Of a stretch of DNA of 64,000 bases, positions 1-8,547 are shown in pieces (the stretch's first letter is position 1; every line of letters starts with the position of its first letter). Both the position numbers and the translations under genes were made by a program. The notes beneath the pieces were generated by a model. That model was not told where the DNA came from, did no database searches, and saw only the letters and a program-made list of their open reading frames with translations. Location of the stretch: IMG/VR virus record IMGVR_UViG_3300034072_002211, positions 186,001 through 250,000 of that record. One strand, given 5' to 3'.

Positions 1-34
1 TTTGTGCGGCGATTTTGATCTTGGTCATAGGTCC

Positions 35-316
35 TCAGTCGTTGAAGATGATGAGGCGAGGACCATCCGCCGCTCGGCCGAACCCATCGACAGGGCGGAA
101 CAACCACGCCTGGATGTCGCCGATCTCGTAGCGGGCTTTCTCCCGCTGGACATCATAGAAGCAATACCGCTTGGTCTCGCGATCGCCCACGATTTCGAAG
201 GTTTCATAGCGCAGGGCTCGATCCATATCGAACACACCACGCAGGTCACTTTCACAGGCGGAAAGATTCTGCGTTTCCTTATTGTAAGTGAAGGTGCGAA
301 CTGGGACCTGCTGCAT
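35..316 (-). CDS. hypothetical phage protein
   Basis: ORF with AAGGAGG RBS, downstream of the repeated promoter element at 341-375. Confidence 0.8.
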   Translation of the reverse strand: MQQVPVRTFTYNKETQNLSACESDLRGVFDMDRALRYETFEIVGDRETKRYCFYDVQREKARYEIGDIQAWLFRPVDGFGRAADGPRLIIFND

Positions 317-340
317 GAATGCCTCCTTGCTGCCTATGTC

Positions 341-375
341 CCAGTTCTAACAGAAACTGGTTAGCAGTCAACCAG
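341..375 (-). promoter_or_regulatory. repeated early-promoter/hairpin element
   Basis: CCAGTTCTAACAGAAACTGG..GTCAACCAG; on the minus strand TTGAC(-35) and TGTTAG(-10 region) within an inverted repeat. Confidence 0.75.
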
Positions 376-727
376 AATTCTTCAACCTGTCGAGGAAGCT
401 GGCGCCTTTGATGACCTGGATCGGTCGAGCCACCGGTGGCGTCACCTGCAGTCCCTCGATCCAGGCGTCGGTGCCATCGCATTCCAGCGTATCACCATGG
501 GTCTGCTTGACATTTGCGATGATCTGTTGGTGCCAGTCGTCCAGTTGCTTCTTGTTGAACTTCTTCATATAGCCGTCATCCATCTTGCGATGGCCGAGGC
601 ATACGACGTCGTCATTCTCGATGCGGATGCGGAACATCACGCCTTCGAGCAACCGCTCCGCAACCCCATATCCGTCATAGAGGGCTTCTTCCACGGGCCC
701 GTTGTCAGTCATGATCTGTAGGGTCAT
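368..727 (-). CDS. hypothetical phage protein
   Basis: 119 aa ORF, co-oriented, overlapping neighbour. Confidence 0.75.
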   Translation of the reverse strand: MTLQIMTDNGPVEEALYDGYGVAERLLEGVMFRIRIENDDVVCLGHRKMDDGYMKKFNKKQLDDWHQQIIANVKQTHGDTLECDGTDAWIEGLQVTPPVARPIQVIKGASFLDRLKNSG

Positions 728-1083
728 CCCACTACTCCAAAGACAAGTTTTCGCTTGCCATCCAGAGCACTGAAACCCTCCACAGTCAAGTGAAAGGATT
801 CAGCATGTTGGGCCATCCAGCCGCGCTCTACGAGACGACCAACAATCTCGCGCTCAAACGGCGTTTCTGGAGTAAAAGAATTCTTAGAGACTTTGGCAGC
901 TAGGTCCAAGCCTAGGGTGCGCTCCAAGATGAATTGTTCAGGCTTATTGGGCTCCGCTGTCGAGGGTGAAGCCGATTTCCTCGGCTTCGAGAAGCCACAC
1001 GAGCGTGAGCTCTGCGTCTCCACCATGGGCATTGAGATGCTCATACAGCACGTCCTCGATCGGGTAGAAGCTGTCCCGCTCAT
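724..1083 (-). CDS. hypothetical protein (true start probably near 930)
   Basis: fills the gap between neighbours; 5' part overlaps ORF 944..1219. Confidence 0.4.
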   Translation of the reverse strand: MSGTASTRSRTCCMSISMPMVETQSSRSCGFSKPRKSASPSTAEPNKPEQFILERTLGLDLAAKVSKNSFTPETPFEREIVGRLVERGWMAQHAESFHLTVEGFSALDGKRKLVFGVVG

Positions 1084-1219
1084 TGATGAAGCTTCTTACT
1101 TCGCGCGGTAGCTGATCGAACGCTGCCATGTCAATCCGTCGCCCTTCCTCCCAGTGGATTGTGGGCTCGGACTGAGTAGGCTGAGCATCCAGGCTCATAA
1201 AGCGGAGAGGCTGAATCAT
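944..1219 (-). CDS. hypothetical phage protein
   Basis: ATGA overlap with upstream gene. Confidence 0.7.
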   Translation of the reverse strand: MIQPLRFMSLDAQPTQSEPTIHWEEGRRIDMAAFDQLPREVRSFINERDSFYPIEDVLYEHLNAHGGDAELTLVWLLEAEEIGFTLDSGAQ

Positions 1220-1452
1220 CGAAACGAAAACTCCCCGATCTGTTGCTTGAGCTGTTGGATGCCCTGGCTGGTCATCTTCCAGCCGTCACCCTGCGTCTCC
1301 ACGTGGCCCTTGTCCTGAAGGCTCAGGATGAGGGGACGGTCCTTGGCCATGCGGCGCTCCCAATAGTTCTTGGTCGCCTTCATCGACGTGCCGCGCAGGC
1401 CGATGATCCGCATGGCGAGTTTGACCTCGTCGTAGGACATGCCAAAGTCCAT
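1216..1452 (-). CDS. small hypothetical protein, possible winged-helix
   Basis: ORF in operon; LQDKGHVET..W.MT..G pattern. Confidence 0.7.
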   Translation of the reverse strand: MDFGMSYDEVKLAMRIIGLRGTSMKATKNYWERRMAKDRPLILSLQDKGHVETQGDGWKMTSQGIQQLKQQIGEFSFR

Positions 1453-1455
1453 GGC

Positions 1456-1824
1456 TCAGGCCACCGTCTTCAGCGTGAAGTGCCGGGTGTGCTGGCGGGT
1501 GCCCTTGACATCGACCATATCGCGCGGGAGGTCATAGTAGTGCGCGACCCAGCCGCTCTCGCGAACAACCTCGCGGGTCACCTCGACCTGGCCCTTGTTC
1601 TTGCCGCGCGTGATGATGCGCTTGGTCACCTTGACCTTGCGGTTGTGCTTCTCCAGGCTGTAGAAGCGCACCTTACCCGCGTTGGGGCCACCCGGACGAC
1701 CGATCAGACCGAAACCGTAGTGGGTGGAAAAGCCGGTGCGAAAATCACCCTCGAGCTTGCGGAGGATTTCGCCCTTGGTCTTCGCCGTCATCTTGCTCGG
1801 GCGAATCTTGACCACAATTGCCAT
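1456..1824 (-). CDS. basic hypothetical protein
   Basis: AGGAGATCG RBS and promoter element at about 1845-1890. Confidence 0.8.
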   Translation of the reverse strand: MAIVVKIRPSKMTAKTKGEILRKLEGDFRTGFSTHYGFGLIGRPGGPNAGKVRFYSLEKHNRKVKVTKRIITRGKNKGQVEVTREVVRESGWVAHYYDLPRDMVDVKGTRQHTRHFTLKTVA

Positions 1825-1904
1825 TTCCGATCTCCTGTTTTCGTTTCCGATAAACCAGGAATAGCAGAAATAGGTGAGTCGTCAACCAGAATTTCAGTCA
1901 CAGA

Positions 1905-1930
1905 AATGGGGAGGATTTCTCCTCCCCATT
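1905..1930 (-). terminator. intrinsic terminator
   Basis: AATGGGGAGGA-tttc-TCCTCCCCATT perfect 11-bp stem. Confidence 0.75.
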
Positions 1931-1935
1931 TGGCT

Positions 1936-2340
1936 TTACGAGCTCTTGGTCTCGTCGGTGCCGGTGGAATCCTCTCCGCCGGTATCGGTCTCTGTAGCCG
2001 TTTCGCCACCGGTGGTGTCCTCCGACGGAGTTTCCGTGGTTGGCGTTTCCGGCGCAGGCTCATCTGCCACCGGCGTATTGGCAGTCACCGCGCTTGCGAG
2101 CTGGTTGGTGCTTGCGTCGAGTTCATCGGCAAGAGCTGCGATTTCTGCCTCAGCGGCTTCGCCCGCTGCTACCTTTTCCGATAGTTCTCGAAGCTGACCG
2201 GAGATGCTCTGAACTAGCGTGAGAACAGACTGGGTCACAGTCTTATTCTCAGCGATCTCGGCTTTCAGTCGATCTAGTGCGGCACTCATGAGATACCCTC
2301 CAATGATAATGGCGACAATGGTGATGGCTACCGCCCACAT
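1936..2340 (-). CDS. coiled-coil protein with acidic T/E-rich tail (start may be 2288)
   Basis: heptad pattern then low-complexity tail; followed by terminator. Confidence 0.75.
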   Translation of the reverse strand: MWAVAITIVAIIIGGYLMSAALDRLKAEIAENKTVTQSVLTLVQSISGQLRELSEKVAAGEAAEAEIAALADELDASTNQLASAVTANTPVADEPAPETPTTETPSEDTTGGETATETDTGGEDSTGTDETKSS

Positions 2341-2438
2341 AGACTTTCCTTCTGGTTGGCGGTGGGGTTTATCCCCAAGCCAGCTATAAGCTAAGTCTAT
2401 GTGCCTATCAAATGGATCCGTTAACTATACTGAAGATT

Positions 2439-2624
2439 TCAAACAAATAGCGCAAAACCAACACAAATTGTCGCGGCTATCATTAGCCCCAACGAGACTC
2501 TGCCCCATAGCCGCTCTTCAGCATAGCCAGAGAATGGCATGTGGCCACTGGCATGATCAGCCGCCAGAAAGCTTCCCAGGAGCAGCAGTACAGCTACGAT
2601 GAACAGGATGAAGTTGATATTCAT
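2439..2624 (-). CDS. small two-TM membrane protein
   Basis: two hydrophobic segments. Confidence 0.65.
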   Translation of the reverse strand: MNINFILFIVAVLLLLGSFLAADHASGHMPFSGYAEERLWGRVSLGLMIAATICVGFALFV

Positions 2625-3319
2625 CCGTTGGTCAACTTTGCCAAAGTGACTTTGTCCTTGATGTCAGTGCCGTCGATCACCACCAAATCGCTGGGGTAGA
2701 TCGTGGGCGAAATGTTCTCTTCGGTCTTGGCGTGACCCTGGCGCGTTTTGATGCTTTCCACCTTGATCGTGCCCTTGGGTGTGATGTTGGTGATGTAGCC
2801 GAAACGGGTGTGGACGTCACCCTTGCGACCCTCGGGGAAGATGACGAGCTGACCGACCTCGAGCAGCACGCCGAAATGGTCGTAGAGCTTCTTGGCCTCG
2901 ACCTCGGGCTTGGCCTTGGTGGTGTAGGCCCACGTGGTGCCCTCGAGGTCGAAGCGGAGAACCACCCCTTTGGGCCAGAAGCTCTGCCAGCCCTGATATT
3001 CGACCTTGATCACGTTGTCGCGATCGTCGAACACGATGTCCCAGACCTTTTTGGACATCTCGAGTTCTTCGCCGCGCCCGGTGCGAACCACTTGGTAGAA
3101 GTCAGTGACCTCCTCGGCCTTGATGTCGATTCGACCGATAGTGCCCTTGCGCGCACCTTGCGTGAACTCGACCCAGATCTTGTTGCCGGCCTCGAGGTAG
3201 GTCTTGAGGTGGCGCATCACATCCTTGATCTTGTAGGTATCGGACGTGCGGCTGGGGAACAGGTACGCGGGTGATTTGCCCTCGAACTTCAGGCTGTGGT
3301 AGGGGATTTCAAAGGCCAT
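2621..3319 (-). CDS. hypothetical protein, paralogue of 29799..30569
   Basis: shared D..G..l.vG.lV / ..v.vES / C-terminal ..L.KL pattern. Confidence 0.8.
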   Translation of the reverse strand: MAFEIPYHSLKFEGKSPAYLFPSRTSDTYKIKDVMRHLKTYLEAGNKIWVEFTQGARKGTIGRIDIKAEEVTDFYQVVRTGRGEELEMSKKVWDIVFDDRDNVIKVEYQGWQSFWPKGVVLRFDLEGTTWAYTTKAKPEVEAKKLYDHFGVLLEVGQLVIFPEGRKGDVHTRFGYITNITPKGTIKVESIKTRQGHAKTEENISPTIYPSDLVVIDGTDIKDKVTLAKLTNG

Positions 3320-3831
3320 CAGGCAGGTTCTCCCAGAACTTCTTCGATCTTGGCGAGGCGGTTCTTCAGCGCCTCATAGTCTGCGCGGGTGGGTTGCCAG
3401 CTGGTGTTCTCGAGCTTGCGACGGGCGAAGAACGCGCCGTCGGCTGCGAGGATCTGAGCGTCGCTCACGGGATGCTTTGCGATCAGTCGGACGACCAGTT
3501 CGCGCAGGTCGGACATTGTCCGCAGCTTGAGGGTCTTGCCCAGCCATGCGCGCGCCTTGGTTGATGCGGTCTCCCAGGCCTTGTTCTCCTCGTCCAACTG
3601 CTCGTCGTAGGGCAGCTGGGTGGGAAAGCCTTCGACCTCCCGGCTGACATAGAAGACCTCGGTGGAATGCCGTGTCGCGATAGCTTTGACCGCACCATGG
3701 CTGACATTCTCGAGAATCTTGGCCGACCGGCTATCGGCGTTGCGGACGTAGTCTGAGAGTGCGCCGATCCATGCGGAATCCTGATCGCCGAAGCTATCAT
3801 GGGAAACGCTGATCAGTGTGTGGTAGCCCAT
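3319..3831 (-). CDS. hypothetical phage protein
   Basis: GGAGATCG RBS and promoter element upstream. Confidence 0.8.
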   Translation of the reverse strand: MGYHTLISVSHDSFGDQDSAWIGALSDYVRNADSRSAKILENVSHGAVKAIATRHSTEVFYVSREVEGFPTQLPYDEQLDEENKAWETASTKARAWLGKTLKLRTMSDLRELVVRLIAKHPVSDAQILAADGAFFARRKLENTSWQPTRADYEALKNRLAKIEEVLGEPA

Positions 3832-3907
3832 GCCGATCTCCTTGTTGCCTAGCCTCTTGATAACACCAAAGTGGTATCAGTCAACCAGGAGGTGACTGAA
3901 CAGTTCC

Positions 3908-4414
3908 TTAGTCCGACCATTCCATGCGACGCTTGTGCGAACGCTCGAGGTCAAAGTCATAGTTGCGGTTGGCGAACGTTGCGAGGTCCAGCCGATGGTT
4001 GCGGCTACCATACTGCTCCTTGATCAGAACAGTCTTCTCAGTGATCGAGAGGATCTCGCCCAGGTAGTCGAAGTTGTAGGAGTCATAGATCGCGGTGTCA
4101 CCCTCGGTGAACTTGATGTCCACATCCTTCCAGTTGCCATAACGGCCGGTCAGATGGACAACGGTCTTGCCGTCCTCGTTCTTGCTGAACTGTGCGAACA
4201 TGCCGGTGTGATCACCACCGTAGATCGTGCCGCGATGCTTGCGAACCTTGCTGGTGATCGGAACGGGCGCGCTGCGCGGCATTGCCATGAGCTCGCGAGC
4301 GCGTTCAGCCGCAGCGGTGAGAAGAACCTGCTTGCGAGCTTCCAGTGCGGCGATCTGCGCGTCGATGCTCTCGACCGTCTCGACCTTGGTGCCAAACTGA
4401 ATGACTTCACCCAT
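3908..4414 (-). CDS. hypothetical phage protein
   Basis: start reassigned to MGEVI after AGGAGATCG RBS. Confidence 0.8.
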   Translation of the reverse strand: MGEVIQFGTKVETVESIDAQIAALEARKQVLLTAAAERARELMAMPRSAPVPITSKVRKHRGTIYGGDHTGMFAQFSKNEDGKTVVHLTGRYGNWKDVDIKFTEGDTAIYDSYNFDYLGEILSITEKTVLIKEQYGSRNHRLDLATFANRNYDFDLERSHKRRMEWSD

Positions 4415-4477
4415 TTCCGATCTCCTTGTTGCTATGTCACCAGTCCTACACGAAACTGGTGACACGTCAACCGCTTT

Positions 4478-4687
4478 TTAGCTCAACCAGACACCGATTG
4501 CCGTGATGATGATCGCGATGAACAGTGCGTCGATGACGTTGGTCGTATGGCTGACGACCAGATTGCGAGCCAGCTTGGCGCTCTCCGGCGTAGTCACGCG
4601 GAACTTCTTCAGCATCAGGAAATCCCTGACATACTGGTAGATCAGGCCACCCACAAAGGCGCCAATGAAAAGGTAAATGAAGTTCAC
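4478..4687 (-). CDS. small two-TM membrane protein
   Basis: GTGA overlap start, hydrophobic helices. Confidence 0.65.
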   Translation of the reverse strand: MNFIYLFIGAFVGGLIYQYVRDFLMLKKFRVTTPESAKLARNLVVSHTTNVIDALFIAIIITAIGVWLS

Positions 4688-5022
4688 TTGCGCTTTCCCT
4701 TCAGTTTGGAGACAAGGGCCTGCTTGGCCCTCTGGCTCTGGTTGCGACGCTTCTGCCACTCAGGCAGGCCCTCGTCAGGATCCAGGAGTTCGAGATCCGT
4801 ATAGCGGAACCGTTCCCGGAAGGAATAGCTCTTGCCCACACCTGGTCCACCGAGGCCAACGACCAGCGGAGTAGTTGCCGCGAGGGCCAACGCCGCGAGG
4901 TTCACGTGGCTCTTGTGGCCAAAGGGTCCTGTCGGAATAGCATAGTTGCCGACCTTGCGGTCTTCGAGAAGCTGACGGATGCTTTCGGTGAGCTCAGGGC
5001 TTGCGCTGGGGATATTGTCCAT
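4684..5022 (-). CDS. short protein with P-loop (possible truncated kinase)
   Basis: VVGLGGPGVGKS Walker A, LLDPD. Confidence 0.65.
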   Translation of the reverse strand: MDNIPSASPELTESIRQLLEDRKVGNYAIPTGPFGHKSHVNLAALALAATTPLVVGLGGPGVGKSYSFRERFRYTDLELLDPDEGLPEWQKRRNQSQRAKQALVSKLKGKRK

Positions 5023-5285
5023 TAGCGGCGCTCCTTCTGCTCGAATTGGATATAGTCGGCGGCGTCGTAGAGGCCAAGCCGGTTTGCTATTGCGCGGAGA
5101 TCAGCGAGCTGCTCGTCGAGCGCGCGCTGGGTCTGTGCGAAGGACGGAATGCTCTTCATGTCTTCGAAGATGTTGAACGCGCGATCATTCTTAGCGAAGA
5201 GTGCGCGGGCGACCATCCGGTCCTTGATTGCGGCTTGCGCCGCTTCCGGGGAACCTGCTTCGTAGCTCGATGGGGCAGTCTGCAT
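5022..5285 (-). CDS. hypothetical phage protein
   Basis: AGGAGAACG RBS and promoter element. Confidence 0.75.
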   Translation of the reverse strand: MQTAPSSYEAGSPEAAQAAIKDRMVARALFAKNDRAFNIFEDMKSIPSFAQTQRALDEQLADLRAIANRLGLYDAADYIQFEQKERR

Positions 5286-5348
5286 TTCCGTTCTCCTGTT
5301 CTGTTATCCTGGTTGTAACACCAGTTTGAACAGGGTCAACCAGAATTA

Positions 5349-5548
5349 TGGGGAGAGTGTTGCCACCCTCCCCAATGATCTTTTCCTAGCTTCGCGGCAA
5401 ACCCCGTCTTCAGCACCCTTATCCGGACCGCGTTAACCTCCAAGCAAGCATGATGTCCACGTAACGACGAGACTCACTTTTTGGCAGCTAAGACCTCCAA
5501 GCCCATGATCGGCGGACTCTTATGGAACCGGGGGCACCTATCTGTTAA
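5349..5548 (-). ncRNA. candidate ~200-nt small RNA
   Basis: own promoter (TTGACG 5580-5575, TACGTT 5558-5553), no convincing ORF, ends in a GC hairpin at 5349-5374. Confidence 0.5.
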
Positions 5549-5576
5549 CCGCAACGTAACACCAGCCAAGGGTGCG

Positions 5577-6026
5577 TCAAGCCGCAAGTTTGAGACAAAG
5601 GTCATCAAGTGACATTCTCTCCACGACCTTTGCGAAGTCCCTGTGGTAGATGACCTGCGTCTCACCCTTTCGGACTTTGTGATGGGGCACCTCAAGCACT
5701 ACCAGCATCATGGAATCATTGTGCTTCTCTGCGAGCATCTTCATGCGCGCTAGGCCCTCGAGGGGAAACCAAGCCTCCAGCTGCTCCAGAGACTCAAAGG
5801 CGCATTGCCAGGAACGGCGACCCGCGTCGGGCCAGCGACGCATCTCTTTGACAGTGAGGTGAAAGCCAGCCCAGAATCGAGCCAGCTTGTCATCACCGTC
5901 GGGACTGGGGTGGAGATCCTTCATCTGCGGATCGTTGTCGTTGAGGCTCTGCCGGGCGCACTTGAAACCAAAGCCCCGTGCGTAGCAGCCTTCGCCTTCT
6001 TCGTTCTCGAGCCGATAAATGAGCAA
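5577..6026 (-). CDS. hypothetical phage protein
   Basis: GGGAGG RBS, promoter element; C-terminus LKLAA. Confidence 0.75.
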   Translation of the reverse strand: MLIYRLENEEGEGCYARGFGFKCARQSLNDNDPQMKDLHPSPDGDDKLARFWAGFHLTVKEMRRWPDAGRRSWQCAFESLEQLEAWFPLEGLARMKMLAEKHNDSMMLVVLEVPHHKVRKGETQVIYHRDFAKVVERMSLDDLCLKLAA

Positions 6027-6040
6027 GCTGACCTCCCTCG

Positions 6041-6086
6041 TTACCAGTCCTGTTTAGCAGAACTGGTGAGGGAGTCAACCAGTTTT
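6041..6086 (-). promoter_or_regulatory. repeated early-promoter/hairpin element
   Basis: TTACCAGTCCTGTTTAGCAGAACTGGTGA (identical at 6745 and 7162) plus GTCAACCAGTTTT. Confidence 0.85.
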
Positions 6087-6489
6087 AGGCAGCCTGGAGG
6101 CGACCCGAGAGGTCGAGTCCGCGCCGATGCTCCTCGGAGATCAGGCCCTGCTCGACAGCCGCGTCCAGGATGATCTGATCCATGATCGGCTCGGTGACCT
6201 TGTGGATGCCGTTCCAGTCGGTGCGGCGAACACTGTGACGACCACGACCACCATACGTGAAAGCGCCGACGCTAATGCCGAAGATGCTCCGGATCAGCGG
6301 ACCGCGGTTACCGCCGCCATTGTTGTTGATGTCATAGTAGGCGTTCGAAGCCTGGCGGAACTTCTCGAGCTTCTTGTTGCGGCTGCGCGGCGACTCGACC
6401 GCACCTTCTGCGGGAATCAGCTTTTCCAGCTGGTCGGCGAGGGCCTGGTGGACGCCGTTGTTACCCCAGTAGGTCTTCATCTTTTCCAT
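6085..6489 (-). CDS. hypothetical phage protein
   Basis: AGGAGATCG RBS; C-terminus RLQAA. Confidence 0.8.
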   Translation of the reverse strand: MEKMKTYWGNNGVHQALADQLEKLIPAEGAVESPRSRNKKLEKFRQASNAYYDINNNGGGNRGPLIRSIFGISVGAFTYGGRGRHSVRRTDWNGIHKVTEPIMDQIILDAAVEQGLISEEHRRGLDLSGRLQAA

Positions 6490-6513
6490 TGCCGATCTCC
6501 TTGTTGCTTCCTA

Positions 6514-6556
6514 TTCACCAGTTCTAGCAGAACTGGTGAAGGTGTCAACCAGTTTT
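6514..6556 (-). promoter_or_regulatory. repeated early-promoter/hairpin element (perfect palindrome)
   Basis: TTCACCAGTTCT-AGC-AGAACTGGTGAA 12-bp perfect stem, then GTCAACCAGTTTT. Confidence 0.85.
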
Positions 6557-6726
6557 TAGTAGCTTTCCCGACGCGCGTTGCGAGCACCGGCCAGATAGGC
6601 TTCCTCCAGAGCTTTCTTGATCTGCCAGACCGACAGTTCGTGGAAGTCGAGCGAGTCGCTGTTGCGCGTCTCCAGCGTATCGAGTTCCAGGTGCTTCTGC
6701 GCGATCTCTGCCAGCGTCTCGTCCAT
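6556..6726 (-). CDS. DUF6900-like small protein (56 aa, not in ORF track)
   Basis: MDETLAEIAQKHLELDTLETRNSDSLDFHELSVWQIKKALEEAYLAG; GGAGATCG RBS. Confidence 0.75.
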   Translation of the reverse strand: MDETLAEIAQKHLELDTLETRNSDSLDFHELSVWQIKKALEEAYLAGARNARRESY

Positions 6727-6744
6727 GTTCCGATCTCCTCTTGC

Positions 6745-6790
6745 TTACCAGTCCTGTTTAGCAGAACTGGTGAAGCTGTCAACCAGTTTT
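6745..6790 (-). promoter_or_regulatory. repeated early-promoter/hairpin element
   Basis: 29-bp exact copy of the 6041 element plus GTCAACCAGTTTT. Confidence 0.85.
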
Positions 6791-7145
6791 AGAAAGGCAC
6801 CTTGTCGCAGTTTGCGATCGGCGCGCAAAGCGGCTCGCCGTCCTCAGCCGTGCCATAGACCAGCCCGTCGTCGATCTCTTCGACCTTGACCGTCTCGACC
6901 ACGCCCTTGGCATATTCCATGAGGACCATGTCGCCGACCTTGATCCGGCGACCTTCTGCGAGGATCAGCTGATCCTCGGCGATACGCTGCTCCACAATCC
7001 CGTCGATCACCTCGTTGGGCAGGCCGCGCATGTCGTTGGGTTCCACAGTGGCCATCTTGATGTCGATGACGGAGAGACCCAGCTTCTTTGCGAACTGCTG
7101 AACCAGCTTCGACTTAGCTGCCTTGAGGCGCGTTTCCAGGTCCAT
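6789..7145 (-). CDS. hypothetical phage protein
   Basis: start reassigned to MDLETR after AGGAGATCG. Confidence 0.8.
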   Translation of the reverse strand: MDLETRLKAAKSKLVQQFAKKLGLSVIDIKMATVEPNDMRGLPNEVIDGIVEQRIAEDQLILAEGRRIKVGDMVLMEYAKGVVETVKVEEIDDGLVYGTAEDGEPLCAPIANCDKVPF

Positions 7146-7161
7146 GTCGATCTCCTCGTTG

Positions 7162-7206
7162 TTACCAGTCCTGTTTAGCAGAACTGGTGAACACGTCAAC
7201 CAGTTT
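7162..7206 (-). promoter_or_regulatory. repeated early-promoter/hairpin element
   Basis: 29-bp exact copy plus GTCAACCAGTTT. Confidence 0.85.
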
Positions 7207-7456
7207 ATCGCTCGAAAATGTTACCACCGTTGCGATAGTAGGTCATCGTGCGGCTGCGCCGTCGCTTGTAGACATAGCAGGCTTCATAGAGCACGAGCAA
7301 GTCGCGCTGATGTTCCTTGATGCCCTTGCCCCTGGGGTAGCGGGCCATGAAGTCGTTGACCGCATGGTCGGTGCCATAGCCCGGACCCATATAGCCGGAG
7401 AAGCCCCGACGGCGTAGCACCGTCAAGGCTTCCTCCATGGTCATGTTGGTCTTCAC
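7205..7456 (-). CDS. hypothetical phage protein
   Basis: GTGA/ATGA-type overlap with upstream gene. Confidence 0.7.
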   Translation of the reverse strand: MKTNMTMEEALTVLRRRGFSGYMGPGYGTDHAVNDFMARYPRGKGIKEHQRDLLVLYEACYVYKRRRSRTMTYYRNGGNIFER

Positions 7457-7896
7457 CGGCGACGCTTTCCGGCGCCGAGGAAGCTGCCCAGCTCGCTCAT
7501 AAACACCTTGCTGGCATTCTGAGGGTCGTTCTTGATGGCGTCCTTGACCCGCCGCTCCATGGCGTCGGCCTCAGCCTGAATGTCGTCCCGATACATCTTC
7601 GCGTAGAAGTCCTTGTCCTCCTGGGACATTGCTTCTGCGGGGATGGGCTTTGCGCCGACCTCGACGTAACGGGTGCGCTTGCCGTGCGGGATGATCTTGA
7701 GGAAGCCGAACGCCGCAGTGGCTTCGATCAGCCGGACCGCGTTGGGGTTGCCGGTGCCGCTCGTGCCCCAGATCGCCGTGGTCGCTTCGGTCATCGTGAG
7801 CTGCTTCTTGCCGCGAATCTCCATGTAGTTCTCGACATGGGCTGCGGTGGAGGCCGCCTTCTGCGCTGCCTTGCTCATCTCGTTCCAGTTAGCCAT
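7453..7896 (-). CDS. hypothetical protein, possible winged-helix
   Basis: GGAGATCG RBS and promoter element. Confidence 0.8.
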   Translation of the reverse strand: MANWNEMSKAAQKAASTAAHVENYMEIRGKKQLTMTEATTAIWGTSGTGNPNAVRLIEATAAFGFLKIIPHGKRTRYVEVGAKPIPAEAMSQEDKDFYAKMYRDDIQAEADAMERRVKDAIKNDPQNASKVFMSELGSFLGAGKRRR

Positions 7897-7963
7897 CTGT
7901 CGATCTCCGTCTTCGTTTCCGATAAACTGGTGATAGCATCACACCAGAGTTCGTCAACCAGAA

Positions 7964-8059
7964 TTATGAACAAAAGATCAGAACATAGAGCATGATCGCC
8001 AGGGTGCCCAGGGAGAGCACCAGTCCCACGCAACCTGAGAATTCATCCTTGCGTTTCAC
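7964..8059 (-). CDS. 31-aa single-TM peptide (not in ORF track)
   Basis: VKRKDEFSGCVGLVLSLGTLAIMLYVLIFCS; GTGA-coupled to the upstream gene. Confidence 0.45.
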   Translation of the reverse strand: MKRKDEFSGCVGLVLSLGTLAIMLYVLIFCS

Positions 8060-8217
8060 AGGTTGGGCGCGTTGGGATCTTCGATGACGCAGATGGTCTT
8101 CTGCGCCCACGCGCATTCAGTCTTGGTCATCATCTTGGAAATGGAGGAGCCGATGGCACTGATACCCAGCACCGCCATCAGGGCCACACAAGCGAGCAGT
8201 AAAGCCTTCTCAATCAT
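8056..8217 (-). CDS. Flp/type IVb pilin-like protein (53 aa)
   Basis: MIEKALLLACVALMAVLGISAIGSSISKMM resembles the mature Flp (IEY.L..ALIAV....LG..I) pattern; GAGGAGG RBS. Confidence 0.55.
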   Translation of the reverse strand: MIEKALLLACVALMAVLGISAIGSSISKMMTKTECAWAQKTICVIEDPNAPNL

Positions 8218-8275
8218 GGGTTCCTCCTCTTCCGTTAATAGAAAGGTAACACCAGAAAAGGCTGAGTCAACCAGT

Positions 8276-8536
8276 TTATTCCTTGGGTTCTTCGCCCGGC
8301 TCAGGAGGAGTATTGATGTCCTTGAGGAGTTCGTCATAATCCTCAATGCCCAGAAACTTGTTTAGCGCGATGAGGTTCTCCACAAACTTGTGGAGATCAA
8401 CGTCTGTCGGGGAAGATTCCCTTGCCCACTCTAGGCAGCGAAGAAATAGAGGAATGGTCATCTCAACACGATCAGGCCCTTTGTTAGGCTGATCGGCCTC
8501 GAAGAGTTTCTTAATCGCGTCGATATGCTGTCTCAT
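8276..8536 (-). CDS. hypothetical protein
   Basis: ORF directly after TAAATAGG motif. Confidence 0.7.
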   Translation of the reverse strand: MRQHIDAIKKLFEADQPNKGPDRVEMTIPLFLRCLEWARESSPTDVDLHKFVENLIALNKFLGIEDYDELLKDINTPPEPGEEPKE

Positions 8537-8539
8537 GCC

Positions 8540-8547
8540 CCTATTTA
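8540..8547 (-). promoter_or_regulatory. putative late promoter TAAATAGG
   Basis: same intergenic 8-mer at 35675(-), 49649(+), 63309(-); resembles T4 late TATAAATA. Confidence 0.5.

Noticed and set aside
5390-5415. CTGAAGA...GAAG as a hammerhead ribozyme
   Set aside because: Stem II lacks the required closing pair, GAAA is GAAG, and no stems I/III could be built.
6041-7206. Repeats at 6041/6514/6745/7162 as a CRISPR array
   Set aside because: Intervals are 230-470 bp and each contains a full ORF with an RBS; the repeats carry promoter boxes; no cas genes in the window.
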